Shown: positions 38,101 to 49,221, counted from the stretch's first letter. The stretch: DNA of 64,000 bases from Flavobacteriales bacterium (GCA_029247585.1 JAQWKY010000080.1:5595-69594), one strand, 5' to 3'. Numbers and translations: made by a program. Notes: a model not told the origin generated them from the letters alone.

Positions 38101-38324
38101 TCTATCCGAACCCTGCATCAGAAGAACTCTTCATTTCAGGTCTCCCACAAGGAGAAAAAGTTAAAATTGAAATTTTCGACATTTTAGGACACCGTATTTT
38201 AAAGAAACGAATCACAGGGAATGAACGCATCGACCTCCCCTCAAAAATGGATAGTACTCAAATCTACCTCGTTCACTTTCAAGGAGACAATTTCACAGAA
38301 ATACGAAAAATGGCTATTAAATGA
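35169..38324 (+). CDS. GH3 beta-glucosidase with extra beta-sandwich modules, an F5/8 type C (discoidin/CBM32-like) domain and a T9SS C-terminal sorting domain.
   Basis: GH3 motifs GIVVSDGPHGVR and VISDWGS (nucleophile Asp). A fibronectin-III-like region ELKGFEKIHLEPGETKTVSF. A discoidin-like LVDGDFSSRWSS...RYIRLRG segment. The C-terminal LEIYPNPASEELFI...IEIFDILGHRI is a type-A CTD. Confidence 0.88.
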   Translation: MIRRLLGAFIQHLSSTPVKKVHLLTSLLVLSSPLFSQNPLEDRIQQNIDNLSVREKVKQLHGQDMWSTEDNDRLNIPGIVVSDGPHGVRFVDATAFPTGMGIAASWNPNLAGNIGRAMGKEFHAYGKHQQLGPALDLCRDPRNGRSPETGGEDPFLCAHINVDLVKGIQENPTIATLKHFNGVNKQENRHGVNHNMSYRQLMEHYGYNFRRVIQDAGALSVMNAYNLINGQKSAESPLLLTHILRKRWGFPFYVISDWGSVWNAKKALQAGCDLEMVVSGQPNKFQQGLNNLFNIGQISNNDIDKSVRRVLRVKYLSGMMDHFPEGNPFLGANTPEHQELALQAGREAIVLLKNEDQILPIKDKTKTIAIVGPSADVAQLDGFGSSWVDPPYAISPKQGLENKISNSQIKYAKGCDINSSNTSGFEEAINLAKTSDYVIFVGGLDQTQEGENYEPGPVDRTGGSIELPAKQQELISELAKVNPNVIVVIKSGGICAVPNAIDDIKGFLYAFYPGMEGGNAIADVIYGDYNPSAKLPVTMPVDDEQMPDWNDDFSDDYNGGYRYYDELGITPQYAFGHGLSYTFFEYSNLQINATEFEAGAPITITAEVTNTGEQAGEEVTQLYLQNKGTSVWMPKKELKGFEKIHLEPGETKTVSFLLTANELYYFDEEADGYKVATGAYKALVGGASDQLNHSVDFNITSGTPKADLEISKIYSYPRYPEVGDSVLFLGLVKNQGTKDLLPNTSVKLKFEVDGSEVSFSSSISDTLFAGGAILIGADEGLESAYWVPSTEKSFTITAIIDANNEIEEWIESNNVTLSSIEVASSDKTEQNNLCFEKPVEVSSLESDDYPAENLVDGDFSSRWSSEFSDPQYLLIDLEDEYYLDVMALSWEASHSSEYVLETSKDKAIWDEVAYEENGNGGNDLFYPKRNARYIRLRGLERVTLWGNQYGHSLYEVQAFGKLTSTLATETLNPEKLEIYPNPASEELFISGLPQGEKVKIEIFDILGHRILKKRITGNERIDLPSKMDSTQIYLVHFQGDNFTEIRKMAIK

Positions 38325-38358
38325 CCTAAAAATAATTTTCATGTCATAACTTGGCGGA

Positions 38359-39261
38359 ATGCAAAAAGTAAAACTTTCCGAAAATCTCGAAATCTCAAGA
38401 TTGACTCATGGCCATTGGAGGGCTTTGGACTGGAAGCTTTCCGAACAAGAACTACTGAAACTCACCGAGCAAGTTGTTGAATTGGGCATTACCACATTTG
38501 ATCATGCCGATCTGTATGGTAATTTTGAATGTGAAAAATTATTCGGAAAGGTTTTAAACCTCAATAAAGAACTCCGAAATGAAATTCAAATCGTTAGCAA
38601 ATGTGGTATTAAACCCCTGTCAAATAAATTCCCCAATCGACAAATAGGCTTTTACGATTACAGCTTTGAACACATCACCTCTTCGGCTGAAAAAGCCTTA
38701 AGAAATTTCAAAACGGATTACATTGACCTCTTCCTGTTACACCGACCCTCTCCTTTTTTTGACCCTGAAGAAGTTGCCAAGGCTTTTTCCCATTTAATAA
38801 AATCAGGAAAGGTTTTGCATTTTGGCGTATCCAACTTCACCCCTCAACAATTCGATATGCTCAACACCTTCGTGGAGGAACCATTGGTCACCAACCAAGT
38901 GGAAATCTCACCGTATTGTCTGGAGCATGTTGACAATGGAAACCTAGACTTCTTTCTTCAGAAGAAAATAAAACCCATGGCTTGGTCCCCACTAGCAGGT
39001 GGGAAATTGATGAATCCCCAAACGGAAAAAGAACATAGAATCCATGAAACCTTGCGAAAAATAGCAGATGAACTCAATGTAGACTCGCTGGACAAAATCG
39101 TTTACAGCTGGTTACTTAAGCATCCCAGCGGTATCATTCCCATCATCGGAAGTGGAAAGATAGAGCGAATCAAAAAAGCCGTTGCAAGCATGGACGTTTC
39201 AATGAACTTAGAACAGTGGATGGAAATATACGTGGCCGCTCGAGGAGAAAAATTACCCTAA
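38359..39261 (+). CDS. Aldo/keto reductase family oxidoreductase.
   Basis: AKR pattern GITTFDHADLYG...LLHRP...FGVSNF. Length 300 aa. Confidence 0.85.
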   Translation: MQKVKLSENLEISRLTHGHWRALDWKLSEQELLKLTEQVVELGITTFDHADLYGNFECEKLFGKVLNLNKELRNEIQIVSKCGIKPLSNKFPNRQIGFYDYSFEHITSSAEKALRNFKTDYIDLFLLHRPSPFFDPEEVAKAFSHLIKSGKVLHFGVSNFTPQQFDMLNTFVEEPLVTNQVEISPYCLEHVDNGNLDFFLQKKIKPMAWSPLAGGKLMNPQTEKEHRIHETLRKIADELNVDSLDKIVYSWLLKHPSGIIPIIGSGKIERIKKAVASMDVSMNLEQWMEIYVAARGEKLP

Positions 39262-39276
39262 ACAAAATACGGAATT

Positions 39277-39987
39277 ATGGACTTGAAAAATGCGAATATC
39301 ATCATTACGGGAGGGAGCTCCGGGATTGGAAAAGTAACCGCTCAGCAATGCATACAAAAAGGAGCTAAAGTCCTCATCACAGGGCGAGATGAAGTCAAAC
39401 TGAAACAAGTTGCAGAACAAATTGGAGCCATTCCCCTAGCATCAGACATCAGTCAGCTTCAAGAAATTCCAAAGATGGCTGAAGAAGCAATCGGACTGTT
39501 GGGAGGAGATGTGGATGTATTAATTAATAATGCCGGAATCGGTGTCTTTCCAAAATTGGGTGAAATAACCATCGATGACTTAGAACAAATTTACCGTACC
39601 AACGTATTTGGCCTGACCCTATTTACACAAGAAATTTGCAAACTATTCAAAGCAAAAAAACAAGGAACCATCATAAACATAGGCTCCACCGCAAGCCTAA
39701 AAGGTTTTGCAGGCGGCTCTGTATATGCCGCTTCTAAATTCGCAGTGAGAGGAATGACGCAATCTTGGCAAGCCGAACTGCGAAAATTCAACATCCGTGT
39801 ATGCTTGGTGAACCCAAGTGAGGTCACCACCGCATTTGCCCAAAATGATCGGGCCGAACGACAAGAGGTTTCTAACAAACTGAGTTCTCAAGAAATTGCC
39901 GACACCCTAATCTCCGTCATCGAAATGCGCGACAAAGGCTTCATCCCCGAGGTAACGGTATGGGCGACAAACCCTTTCGATAGTTAA
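39277..39987 (+). CDS. Short-chain dehydrogenase/reductase (SDR).
   Basis: TGGSSGIG cofactor motif, NNAG, and catalytic YAASK. Confidence 0.88.
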   Translation: MDLKNANIIITGGSSGIGKVTAQQCIQKGAKVLITGRDEVKLKQVAEQIGAIPLASDISQLQEIPKMAEEAIGLLGGDVDVLINNAGIGVFPKLGEITIDDLEQIYRTNVFGLTLFTQEICKLFKAKKQGTIINIGSTASLKGFAGGSVYAASKFAVRGMTQSWQAELRKFNIRVCLVNPSEVTTAFAQNDRAERQEVSNKLSSQEIADTLISVIEMRDKGFIPEVTVWATNPFDS

Positions 39988-40035
39988 TGTTAAATCTTTT
40001 TAATCGCCCAGTATTTGATATCAAATATATATGTC

Positions 40036-40043
40036 TAAATTTG
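40036..40043 (+). promoter_or_regulatory. Candidate -7 box (TAnnTTTG).
   Basis: TAAATTTG, 22 nt upstream of ATG 40066. Confidence 0.4.
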
Positions 40044-40065
40044 TATCAACCCCTTTCGAGAAAAA

Positions 40066-41139
40066 ATGAAGAAAAATAACATTCAGCCCCTAACGATTGT
40101 CACCCTATTTTGCATGATTTTTCTCATGCCCTCTGGATTCGCTCAGCCTTTGTCTATAAATTTTGAAGGAAATAATAGTATACTTATTGATTATGATGAT
40201 GGTGGTGTGGGTTCTATCGTAAACAATCCTCTCAGAGAGGGAGGGGCAAACCTCAGCGCCAAGGTGGGAAAAATTGTCAGAGGAACCGGAGTAACTATAG
40301 AAGATAATGATGCCTGGGCAGGAAGTAAACTGGTTTTAGATGACAAACTAAACTTCGAGGAGTTGAAATGCATCACCATGAAAATTTACACCATGGCTGC
40401 GGAGGGAACAAAGCTTACACTTAAATTAGAAAACGGCACGGGCACTTTTGAACAAAAAGACACTTACACTCGGGCTGAAGGTGCCTGGCAAACCATACTA
40501 TGGGACTTTACGGGAACCGCTCCTGATTTCAATGAATTGGTTTTTATGTTTGACCGAGATAATGTTGGTGATGGTTCGGAACAGTCAACTTTCTATTTTG
40601 ACGACATCAGACACGTTGCCAAAAAATTCCAATTTCAGATTGACCTACCCGTAACCTTTGATGAGTCTCGATACGATTACACCATGGTCTCATTTGAGGG
40701 TCTGGGAGAAGCCCTTCGTACTGAAGACCCTGAAGACCCTTACAACAAAGTCATTAAAGTCAAAAAACCTTTCGGTGCTGGAGAATATGCTGGGCTTCAT
40801 ATAGGTACCAGAGAAGGATTTGCATCTACCATACCCCTAAGCATGACTAACTCTAGGATGTCGGTCAGAATTTATGCTCCTTTCTCGGGCATCCCAATCA
40901 ATTTAAAAGTTGAAAATTCAGACAATCCTACTCTAAGTTGTGAAACCATGGGAATTACAACTACGCAAGGTTGGCAGACCATAATCTTCGATTTCTCAAA
41001 TGAAAGACCAGGAACCCAACCTCTTGAAAACGCCCTAAATAATGGGCTAAAAGCCAATCTAGCTGCGCTCTTTTTCGATTTCGGAAATCCCGGAAGAGGT
41101 GAGACCTTCTATTTCGATGATGTCAAATTCATTGAATAA
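40066..41139 (+). CDS. Secreted protein with two tandem CBM-like (galactose-binding-like) modules.
   Basis: Signal peptide. Two ~160-aa modules each end in (E)TFYFDD(I/V). The first has NPLREGGANLSAKVGKIVRG...WAGS, typical of glycan-binding modules in marine Flavobacteriia loci. Confidence 0.65.
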   Translation: MKKNNIQPLTIVTLFCMIFLMPSGFAQPLSINFEGNNSILIDYDDGGVGSIVNNPLREGGANLSAKVGKIVRGTGVTIEDNDAWAGSKLVLDDKLNFEELKCITMKIYTMAAEGTKLTLKLENGTGTFEQKDTYTRAEGAWQTILWDFTGTAPDFNELVFMFDRDNVGDGSEQSTFYFDDIRHVAKKFQFQIDLPVTFDESRYDYTMVSFEGLGEALRTEDPEDPYNKVIKVKKPFGAGEYAGLHIGTREGFASTIPLSMTNSRMSVRIYAPFSGIPINLKVENSDNPTLSCETMGITTTQGWQTIIFDFSNERPGTQPLENALNNGLKANLAALFFDFGNPGRGETFYFDDVKFIE

Positions 41140-41194
41140 GACTCCAGATACAAGCGAGTCATTCGCTAGAATTGGATAAAGACGTATAAAAACT

Positions 41195-41202
41195 TATATT
41201 TG
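41195..41202 (+). promoter_or_regulatory. Candidate -7 box (TAnnTTTG).
   Basis: TATATTTG, 26 nt upstream of ATG 41229. Confidence 0.4.
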
Positions 41203-41228
41203 TATCTGACTTTAATACGCCCCCTATA

Positions 41229-42107
41229 ATGAATGCACTTTCCATAAAACTGTTTGGACTCCTATGCTTTTTTGGCATCTCGGCGAGTATGGCGCAGAGA
41301 CTCCCTATCCATTTTGAAAAGCAAGAAATAAGGTTTACTGGAAGTACAAATGAACTGAACAAACCCGGATTTGATGGCGGGGTTGGAGAAGTTGTTGACA
41401 ATCCAAACAAAAGCGGCATCAACACCAGTCAAAAGGTAGGTAAAATTACCCGAAATGTTGGTGCAGTGTGGGCAGGAAGTAGGATTCCTTTATCCCGGCC
41501 CTTTGATTTTAGAGTCTTAAACGTTATTACATTTAAGATATTCACCTCAGCTCCCCCAGGGACTCAGGTATTACTCAAACTGGAAGACGTTAATTACGCT
41601 AATAATGGCTATTCGGTCGAAACAAACCAATACACAACCACTTCTAACGAATGGGAAGAATTGCAATTCACTTTCTCTCAAAGCGCAACAGCCTTCGATA
41701 ACCTTGTGATGATGTTCGACTTTCTAAGAATGGGTAATGGCGAAGATCGCGATGTGTTTTACTTTGACAACATCACCCAAACCTCTCGGGAGGCCATTAA
41801 CAACCCCGTTGAACCTACCATCATATACGGTGATCAGTTTAAAACCAATGATGAACTTAGCATAAACGACACGGAAAACAACACCATAAAGGTGTTCCCT
41901 AACCCCTCTTCTTCTGCTTGGAACATTGAATCGGAAGCGGTAATTACCCAGGTCGAAGTCATCGACTTACAAGGCAAACAAGTGCTGTACATGAAGCCGA
42001 ACCAAAAATCGGTTCGTGTTGCAGCTGACAAACTAGCCAACGGGCTCTATCTTTCGAAAATCACCACAAATTCCGGAATAAAAAGAGTCAAGCTCATCAA
42101 GCACTAA
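41229..42107 (+). CDS. Secreted CBM-like protein with a T9SS C-terminal sorting domain. Paralog of module 1 of the preceding gene.
   Basis: NPNKSGINTSQKVGKITRN...WAGS...VFYFDNI. The C-terminal IKVFPNPSSSAWNI...VEVIDLQGKQV...GLYLSKI is a type-A CTD. Confidence 0.75.
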   Translation: MNALSIKLFGLLCFFGISASMAQRLPIHFEKQEIRFTGSTNELNKPGFDGGVGEVVDNPNKSGINTSQKVGKITRNVGAVWAGSRIPLSRPFDFRVLNVITFKIFTSAPPGTQVLLKLEDVNYANNGYSVETNQYTTTSNEWEELQFTFSQSATAFDNLVMMFDFLRMGNGEDRDVFYFDNITQTSREAINNPVEPTIIYGDQFKTNDELSINDTENNTIKVFPNPSSSAWNIESEAVITQVEVIDLQGKQVLYMKPNQKSVRVAADKLANGLYLSKITTNSGIKRVKLIKH

Positions 42108-42296
42108 GGCCCCTCTACCACAATCATCATAACACACTTCAGGCGAATCATCAGATTTACAAGACTTGTTGAGCTCTCCTAGTTTCTTAACTGTTTGAGA
42201 TCTCAAGTCAATATTGCCCTAAATTCGCGTGAGATTTATGAATTATCTCCTAAATTTCACTAACTTATTGTCAAAATTTCCAAAGCCTAAATATAA

Positions 42297-43601
<1,305 letters not shown>

Positions 43602-43623
43602 TTGATTCCGAAAATCATACAAG

Positions 43624-43651
43624 TAGGAAGTTCTCGCTAGAGGGCTTCCTA
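43624..43651 (+). terminator. Probable terminator hairpin after metY.
   Basis: taggaag...cttccta (7-bp stem, 14-nt partly paired interior) followed by ttttttt. Confidence 0.45.
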
Positions 43652-43707
43652 TTTTTTTGCACTACTTTTTTTTGAACGTATAATGGATGTTGAAACAAGC
43701 GACAAAC

Positions 43708-44472
43708 TTACTCCACAAAAATGATTTCTTTGACGTCAAAACTTTGAACCTCGTGCTCACCAAAAGCAACTTGTAAAGACCCATCTCGCAACACATCCGT
43801 AATCATACCCTTGCGAATACGACCCCCAATTTCATACGTATGCGTTTCATGGAGCCAATACAAATTAGACAAATACGCCTTCTTCAGATCCTCATAGTTT
43901 CCGGCGCGAAGTTGAAGGTATCGAGTTTCCAAACATTCGCAGACACGCTCCAAAACTTGCTGATCGGCAAAATCAATTCCGATGATTTGCTTTAATGAGA
44001 CGGCTTGGGGTAAATTTTCAAAATGCGTTTGGTTCACATTCAAACCGATGCCTACAACCGCATGCTGATAGGCCGATTTACTGATTTGATTTTCGATGAG
44101 AATACCCGCAATTTTTTTGCCTTCAAAATAAATATCGTTGGGCCATTTGATTGAAAACCCCGGCCGCAATTCGCTCAAACAATCGTGTAAGGCAAGTGCT
44201 ACGCAGACGCTCAAATCAAAAGCCTGGGCCAAATTCAAGAAATGGGGTTTGAACAAGACGCTAAAAGTCAAAGCCTTAGACCCCTCAGCTTCCCAAGAAG
44301 ATCCTCGCTGACCTTTGCCCTGTGTTTGATGCTTCGCAACTACTAGGGTGCCTTCGGTCAGACTTTGCTCAAACAAATGATTCATCAACCAATCGTTGGT
44401 AGAAGGAATCTCATCAAACTTAAACGTATTCTTGCCTACAAAAAGGGTTTCCATCATCACACCGTAAATCAA
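43708..44472 (-). CDS. birA: Biotin--[acetyl-CoA-carboxylase] ligase.
   Basis: GKGQRGSSWEAE (the GRGRxGRxW-type motif), IKWPNDI and GIGLNVNQ. The true start may be the METLFVGK Met at 44454. Confidence 0.88.
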   Translation of the reverse strand: MIYGVMMETLFVGKNTFKFDEIPSTNDWLMNHLFEQSLTEGTLVVAKHQTQGKGQRGSSWEAEGSKALTFSVLFKPHFLNLAQAFDLSVCVALALHDCLSELRPGFSIKWPNDIYFEGKKIAGILIENQISKSAYQHAVVGIGLNVNQTHFENLPQAVSLKQIIGIDFADQQVLERVCECLETRYLQLRAGNYEDLKKAYLSNLYWLHETHTYEIGGRIRKGMITDVLRDGSLQVAFGEHEVQSFDVKEIIFVE

Positions 44473-44541
44473 CTAAAATTGAGGAGTTAAACTTAAGGTA
44501 ATTTACTACCTTTAGTAGAATTATAATCCGTTTAAAAGCAT

Positions 44542-44549
44542 TATTTTTG
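44542..44549 (+). promoter_or_regulatory. Candidate -7 box for rsfS-ftsH.
   Basis: TATTTTTG, 23 nt upstream of ATG 44573. Confidence 0.4.
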
Positions 44550-44572
44550 CAAACTAAACTAGTCTCAGCTGA

Positions 44573-44947
44573 ATGAAGGAAAACCAAAGCTTAAAAATTA
44601 AAGCCCTTGTGGATGTTATTGTAAAGGGCATGCAAGAAAAAAAAGCCGAAAACATCACGGTCATCGATTTAAGAGAAATCGACAATGCCGTTTGTGACTA
44701 CTTCGTAATCAGCAATGCAAACTCCAACACGCAGGTCAACGCAATTGCCGACTCGGTTCAAAAAGAAACCCTTGAAACGCTTGGCGACAAAGCCTGGCAC
44801 AAAGAAGGAACTGACGCTGCGGAGTGGATTCTAATGGATTACGTAAATGTAGTTGCACACATCTTCCAAACACCTGTTAGAGACTTTTATGCTTTAGAAG
44901 AATTGTGGGGAGATGCAGAAATAATTGAAATAAACGCAGCATACTAA
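44573..44947 (+). CDS. rsfS: Ribosome silencing factor RsfS.
   Basis: 124 aa. Has DYFVISNANSNTQVNAIADSV and WILMDYVNVVAHIF, typical of the RsfS/IojAP family. Confidence 0.9.
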   Translation: MKENQSLKIKALVDVIVKGMQEKKAENITVIDLREIDNAVCDYFVISNANSNTQVNAIADSVQKETLETLGDKAWHKEGTDAAEWILMDYVNVVAHIFQTPVRDFYALEELWGDAEIIEINAAY

Positions 44948-44948
44948 G

Positions 44949-47018
44949 ATGGCAAAGAAAAATACTTCCAATAAAAAAGCCCCTAACAGAGGGAAAAAAA
45001 GGACGCAGAACAAGAAGAATCAAGTACCTAAATTCAATTTATACTGGATATACGGCATCATTGCTTTCTTCATGGTTTCCATGTTGTTTACCAACGACTT
45101 AAGTTCATCGAGTCAAGAGACAGATCGAAGAACCCTCATTTATGAGTACCTTAAAAACAAAGACGTTGATCGCATTGAAATCATCCAAAATAAAAGCATT
45201 GCTAAAGTTTACATTAAAGAGTCTGCACTTTCAGAGCGCAGACACGAAGCTGTCAGCAAGCCTATTTTTGGCGAGGGTTTGAACAAAGGCCCACACTACA
45301 TCATCAAAATCGGTACTTCAGAAGTATTTGAAGCTAAGATAGAAGAAGCTCAAGAAGAATTTCAATTCACGAAGAGTGAAAATGTACAAATCTTTTACAA
45401 CAACGAGCAGAGCATTTGGGACAGCTTTTGGGCATGGATGCCTTTCATCTTCCTAATACTCATATGGGTCTTTTTCATGCGCCGAATGAGCGGAGGTGCT
45501 GGTGGTGGAGCCGGTTCTCAAATTTTCAATATTGGAAAATCACAAGCGAAATTATTCGACAATGAAGCGGAAGTAAAAACCACATTCAGCGATGTGGCTG
45601 GTTTGGAAGGGGCTAAAGAAGAAGTTCAAGAAATTGTAAACTTCCTAAAAAACCCAGAAAAATACACCAGACTAGGTGGTAAAATACCACGTGGAGCCCT
45701 ATTGGTAGGACCTCCTGGAACAGGTAAAACGCTTTTGGCTAAAGCCGTTGCTGGAGAGGCAAAAGCTCCTTTCTTTTCTCTTTCAGGTTCGGATTTCGTT
45801 GAAATGTTTGTCGGAGTGGGTGCTTCTCGTGTACGAGATTTATTCAAAAAGGCAAAAGAGAAGGCGCCTGCAATTATTTTTATCGATGAGATTGATGCCA
45901 TTGGTAGAGCTCGCGGTAAAAACCAGATAACAGGATCTAATGATGAGCGTGAGAATACCTTAAACCAATTGCTTACAGAAATGGATGGTTTTGGCACCAA
46001 CGACCACGTCATTGTGGTAGCAGCCACCAACCGTGCCGATATTTTAGACAGAGCCCTGGTTCGTGCAGGACGTTTTGATCGACAAATTTATGTAGATCTG
46101 CCGGAACTCAATGAGCGTAAAGAAATTTTCAGCGTGCATTTGAAACCTCTGAAAACCAATAAAAATTTAGATGTTGATTTTCTCGCCTCACAAACGCCAG
46201 GTTTTTCAGGTGCAGACATCGCCAATATGTGTAACGAAGCAGCTCTGATAGCTGCGCGCCAAGACAAAAAATACGTTGAGAAACAAGACTTTTTAGATGC
46301 TGTAGATCGCATCATTGGTGGTTTGGAAAAGAAAAATAAAATCATTTCTAAAAAAGAACGCGAAGTCATTGCCTTCCACGAGGCAGGCCACGCAACCGTA
46401 AGCTGGATGTTGGAGCACGCAGCCCCACTGGTAAAAGTAACCATCGTACCGAGAGGAAAATCTCTGGGGGCTGCATGGTACCTTCCTGAAGAGCGTCAGA
46501 TTACCACCAAAGACCAAATGATGGACGAAATGTGTGCCACCCTAGGCGGTAGAGCTGCAGAACAGATCATTTTTGGAAAGGTTTCTACGGGAGCACTGAG
46601 CGACTTAGAAAAAGTAACGCGCCAAGCTACGGCAATGGTTACCGTTTACGGACTGAGCGATAAAATCGGAAACATTTCTTATTACGACTCTTCCGGACAA
46701 AACTCTAGTTTCAACAAACCTTACAGCGAGCAAACGGCACGCACCATCGATGAGGAAGTAAAGGCCCTCTCAGAAGATGCCTATGCAAAAGCTTTGGAAG
46801 TATTGGAGAAACATAAAGATTCTTTAACTAAATTAGCACAGGAACTTCTAACCAAAGAAGTCATTTTTAAAGAAGATTTGGAAAAAATCTTTGGAAAAAG
46901 GCCTTGGGATAAAGAAGAAAAAGTTACTTTGAATCCTAGTACGGATCCAGAAAAAGTTTTGGCTAAGGATGAAGATTCGGAGCCGACAAAAGAGAATGAA
47001 GAAAAACCTGCTCAATAA
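44949..47018 (+). CDS. ftsH: ATP-dependent zinc metalloprotease FtsH.
   Basis: Walker [14 protein letters not shown], Walker B IIFIDEID, an SRH region, and the zinc motif HEAGHA. Confidence 0.96.
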   Translation: MAKKNTSNKKAPNRGKKRTQNKKNQVPKFNLYWIYGIIAFFMVSMLFTNDLSSSSQETDRRTLIYEYLKNKDVDRIEIIQNKSIAKVYIKESALSERRHEAVSKPIFGEGLNKGPHYIIKIGTSEVFEAKIEEAQEEFQFTKSENVQIFYNNEQSIWDSFWAWMPFIFLILIWVFFMRRMSGGAGGGAGSQIFNIGKSQAKLFDNEAEVKTTFSDVAGLEGAKEEVQEIVNFLKNPEKYTRLGGKIPRGALLVGPPGTGKTLLAKAVAGEAKAPFFSLSGSDFVEMFVGVGASRVRDLFKKAKEKAPAIIFIDEIDAIGRARGKNQITGSNDERENTLNQLLTEMDGFGTNDHVIVVAATNRADILDRALVRAGRFDRQIYVDLPELNERKEIFSVHLKPLKTNKNLDVDFLASQTPGFSGADIANMCNEAALIAARQDKKYVEKQDFLDAVDRIIGGLEKKNKIISKKEREVIAFHEAGHATVSWMLEHAAPLVKVTIVPRGKSLGAAWYLPEERQITTKDQMMDEMCATLGGRAAEQIIFGKVSTGALSDLEKVTRQATAMVTVYGLSDKIGNISYYDSSGQNSSFNKPYSEQTARTIDEEVKALSEDAYAKALEVLEKHKDSLTKLAQELLTKEVIFKEDLEKIFGKRPWDKEEKVTLNPSTDPEKVLAKDEDSEPTKENEEKPAQ

Positions 47019-47625
47019 GCTTATACACAAAGTAATACCCTCCTTAACCGAGTCAAAAAAGGAATCAAACAAGGAGGAGGAAGAAGAAGCTGAGAAGTTT
47101 ACACCGAACCCTAACGACCCGGCAGACGTTACTTTTGCAAAGACATTCACCTCTAGAGGAGGTAAGTTCTTTTATTGTGACGACCAACAAATATTCTTCA
47201 CCCACTTAAAACAGCTTCTTAAGGAAAACGCTTGGGAACTCCCCTATTGTGGAAATGATGAGCTTAAAGAACTGCTTCAGCCTACGCAACTCGATTTTGA
47301 AGCAGATTACCAAAAAGCCGACTCAAGCATCAGCAACTGCGAGTTCTTAATTGCATTCAACGGATCGGTGATGGTCTCTGGAGAGCAAACCCGAAATCTG
47401 AAAATTGAACACTTACCCGAAGTGCTGATCATTGTAGCCTACACCTCTCAAATTGTAAAAAACATCAGTGAGGGACTTCGAGGCATTCAAAACAAATACG
47501 GCAAATCAAGACCTTCCTTAGTCACAACCATTCGAACCAAAGAATCGATTACGACCATGAGCGACAGTGATCGAGCTAAAGATTTGTACATATTCCTCAT
47601 CGAGGACTACAAAGAACACCGATGA
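46969..47625 (+). CDS. LUD-domain (LutC/YkgG-like) protein.
   Basis: Track ORF of 218 aa. ISNCEFLIAFNGSVMVSG...LIIVAYTSQIV resembles the LUD domain. A more likely start is MKKNLLNKL at 46996. It overlaps the ftsH 3' end. Confidence 0.55.
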   Translation: MKIRSRQKRMKKNLLNKLIHKVIPSLTESKKESNKEEEEEAEKFTPNPNDPADVTFAKTFTSRGGKFFYCDDQQIFFTHLKQLLKENAWELPYCGNDELKELLQPTQLDFEADYQKADSSISNCEFLIAFNGSVMVSGEQTRNLKIEHLPEVLIIVAYTSQIVKNISEGLRGIQNKYGKSRPSLVTTIRTKESITTMSDSDRAKDLYIFLIEDYKEHR

Positions 47626-48419
47626 AAGACTTAACAAAACGTCTGCCCACGGGCTTTGCCTATGTTGTATTGATGCTTTCAGCAACTTTACACCCCCTAT
47701 CCATTGGACTTTTGTTTGCTCTTGTGGGCATACTCGGAACTTTGGAACTCAAAAAAATTATCAAAAAGCAAGGACTTGATTTCGATCTTTGGCCTACCCT
47801 AACCCTAGGTCTTTTAGCCTATGCATCCATTATTTACCCCGAGCTGGAATTCGTTTTATTTGCAGCGGTATTCGCTTATTTCGTCAAACAACTGTATCAA
47901 AAATCAAAAAACCCACTACAGCAATTAGGGACTTCCCTTTTTGCAGTGGTTTACCTTTTCATTCCTCTTGCATTGGCGATTCCTGTAGCCATCGAGAGCT
48001 CTAATTACCAACCCAATACACTCATGGGGCTTTTCATCCTCATTTGGTCATCAGACTCTTGGGCCTTTATTTCCGGAAGCCTGTTTGGAAAACATAAATT
48101 ATTCGAACGACACTCTCCCAAAAAAACCTGGGAAGGCTTTTGGGGCTCTGTGGTACTAACCGCAGGAACGGGATACCTCTTGTCGATAACTGGATTCGGT
48201 TTGTGCGCTACAGAGTGGATAAGCCTAGGGGTACTCACCGTATTTGTAGGAACTGCTGGTGATTTGTTCCAATCTATGCTCAAACGCGCATCTGGGCTCA
48301 AAGACTCAGGAACCCTACTTCCGGGGCACGGAGGCATTTTAGATCGATTTGACTCCATCTTATTTTGTCTGCCCGCATATTACATTTACTTTTACCGGCT
48401 GAGCCCATTATTTAATTAG
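47622..48419 (+). CDS. cdsA: Phosphatidate cytidylyltransferase.
   Basis: CTP-transferase-1 signature SMLKRASGLKDSGTLLPGHGGILDRFDS. Multi-TM. Confidence 0.92.
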   Translation: MKDLTKRLPTGFAYVVLMLSATLHPLSIGLLFALVGILGTLELKKIIKKQGLDFDLWPTLTLGLLAYASIIYPELEFVLFAAVFAYFVKQLYQKSKNPLQQLGTSLFAVVYLFIPLALAIPVAIESSNYQPNTLMGLFILIWSSDSWAFISGSLFGKHKLFERHSPKKTWEGFWGSVVLTAGTGYLLSITGFGLCATEWISLGVLTVFVGTAGDLFQSMLKRASGLKDSGTLLPGHGGILDRFDSILFCLPAYYIYFYRLSPLFN

Positions 48420-48430
48420 CAAACAACATT

Positions 48431-49084
48431 ATGTTTCATAAAGAAGGATTTGCAATCATACGAAACACCCTAATCGGACTACTAACCCTCAACACGGCTG
48501 TGTGGTACTTGGCGGGTGGATTTAACATTTGGGTCAACTTATTGATCTTTGCATCATCAGTTTTATTGGTTTTAATCTTACAATTTTTCAGAAACCCAAA
48601 ACGAAACACGCAAGAAAATGCCAACCACATCATTGCTCCAGCCGATGGGAAAGTGGTGGTGATTGAAGAAGTTACCGAACACGAATACTTTAACGACAAA
48701 AGAATTCAAGTATCCATATTCATGTCGCCCTTAAACGTACACGTGAACAGATACCCCATCACAGGTGAGGTAAAATACGCCAAATACCACCCCGGAAAAT
48801 TCTTGGTGGCTTGGCATCCGAAATCATCCATTGAAAACGAACGAACGACCGTGGTGGTAGAGAATGAAACCACGGGACCTATCTTGTTTAGACAGATTGC
48901 AGGTGCTGTGGCCCGTCGTATTGTGATGTACTCCAAAAAAGACGATCAAGCAAAACAAGGCGAAGACATGGGCTTCATAAAATTTGGCTCTCGAATCGAT
49001 ATCTTCCTTCCCTTAGACGCGAAAATCAACACAGAACTCAATGACACCGTTCGAGGTGGCGAAACAGTCATAGCGACTTGCTAA
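48431..49084 (+). CDS. psd: Phosphatidylserine decarboxylase proenzyme.
   Basis: Self-cleavage region GFIKFGSRIDIFLP and N-terminal TM helices. Length 217 aa. Confidence 0.9.
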   Translation: MFHKEGFAIIRNTLIGLLTLNTAVWYLAGGFNIWVNLLIFASSVLLVLILQFFRNPKRNTQENANHIIAPADGKVVVIEEVTEHEYFNDKRIQVSIFMSPLNVHVNRYPITGEVKYAKYHPGKFLVAWHPKSSIENERTTVVVENETTGPILFRQIAGAVARRIVMYSKKDDQAKQGEDMGFIKFGSRIDIFLPLDAKINTELNDTVRGGETVIATC

Positions 49085-49108
49085 AACCCTCAAATTTATA
49101 AACTAAAA

Positions 49109-49130
49109 AGCCCTCGCAAATGCGAGGGCT
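49109..49130. terminator. Bidirectional rho-independent terminator shared by psd (+) and the tRNA (-).
   Basis: agccctcgca/tgcgagggct form a 10-bp perfect stem, with aaaa upstream and ttttt downstream. Confidence 0.85.
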
Positions 49131-49137
49131 TTTTTAG

Positions 49138-49210
<73 letters not shown>

Positions 49211-49213
49211 GTG

Positions 49214-49221
49214 CAAATATA
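49214..49221 (-). promoter_or_regulatory. Candidate -7 box for the tRNA gene.
   Basis: Plus-strand caaatata is TATATTTG on the minus strand, ending 3 nt upstream of the mature tRNA 5' end. Confidence 0.4.

Noticed and set aside
45626-46517. Several 74-134 aa antisense ORFs within ftsH. Similar ones occur within htpG, the GH3 gene, der and the TonB receptors.
   Set aside because: They are antisense shadows of strongly supported genes and show no independent evidence.
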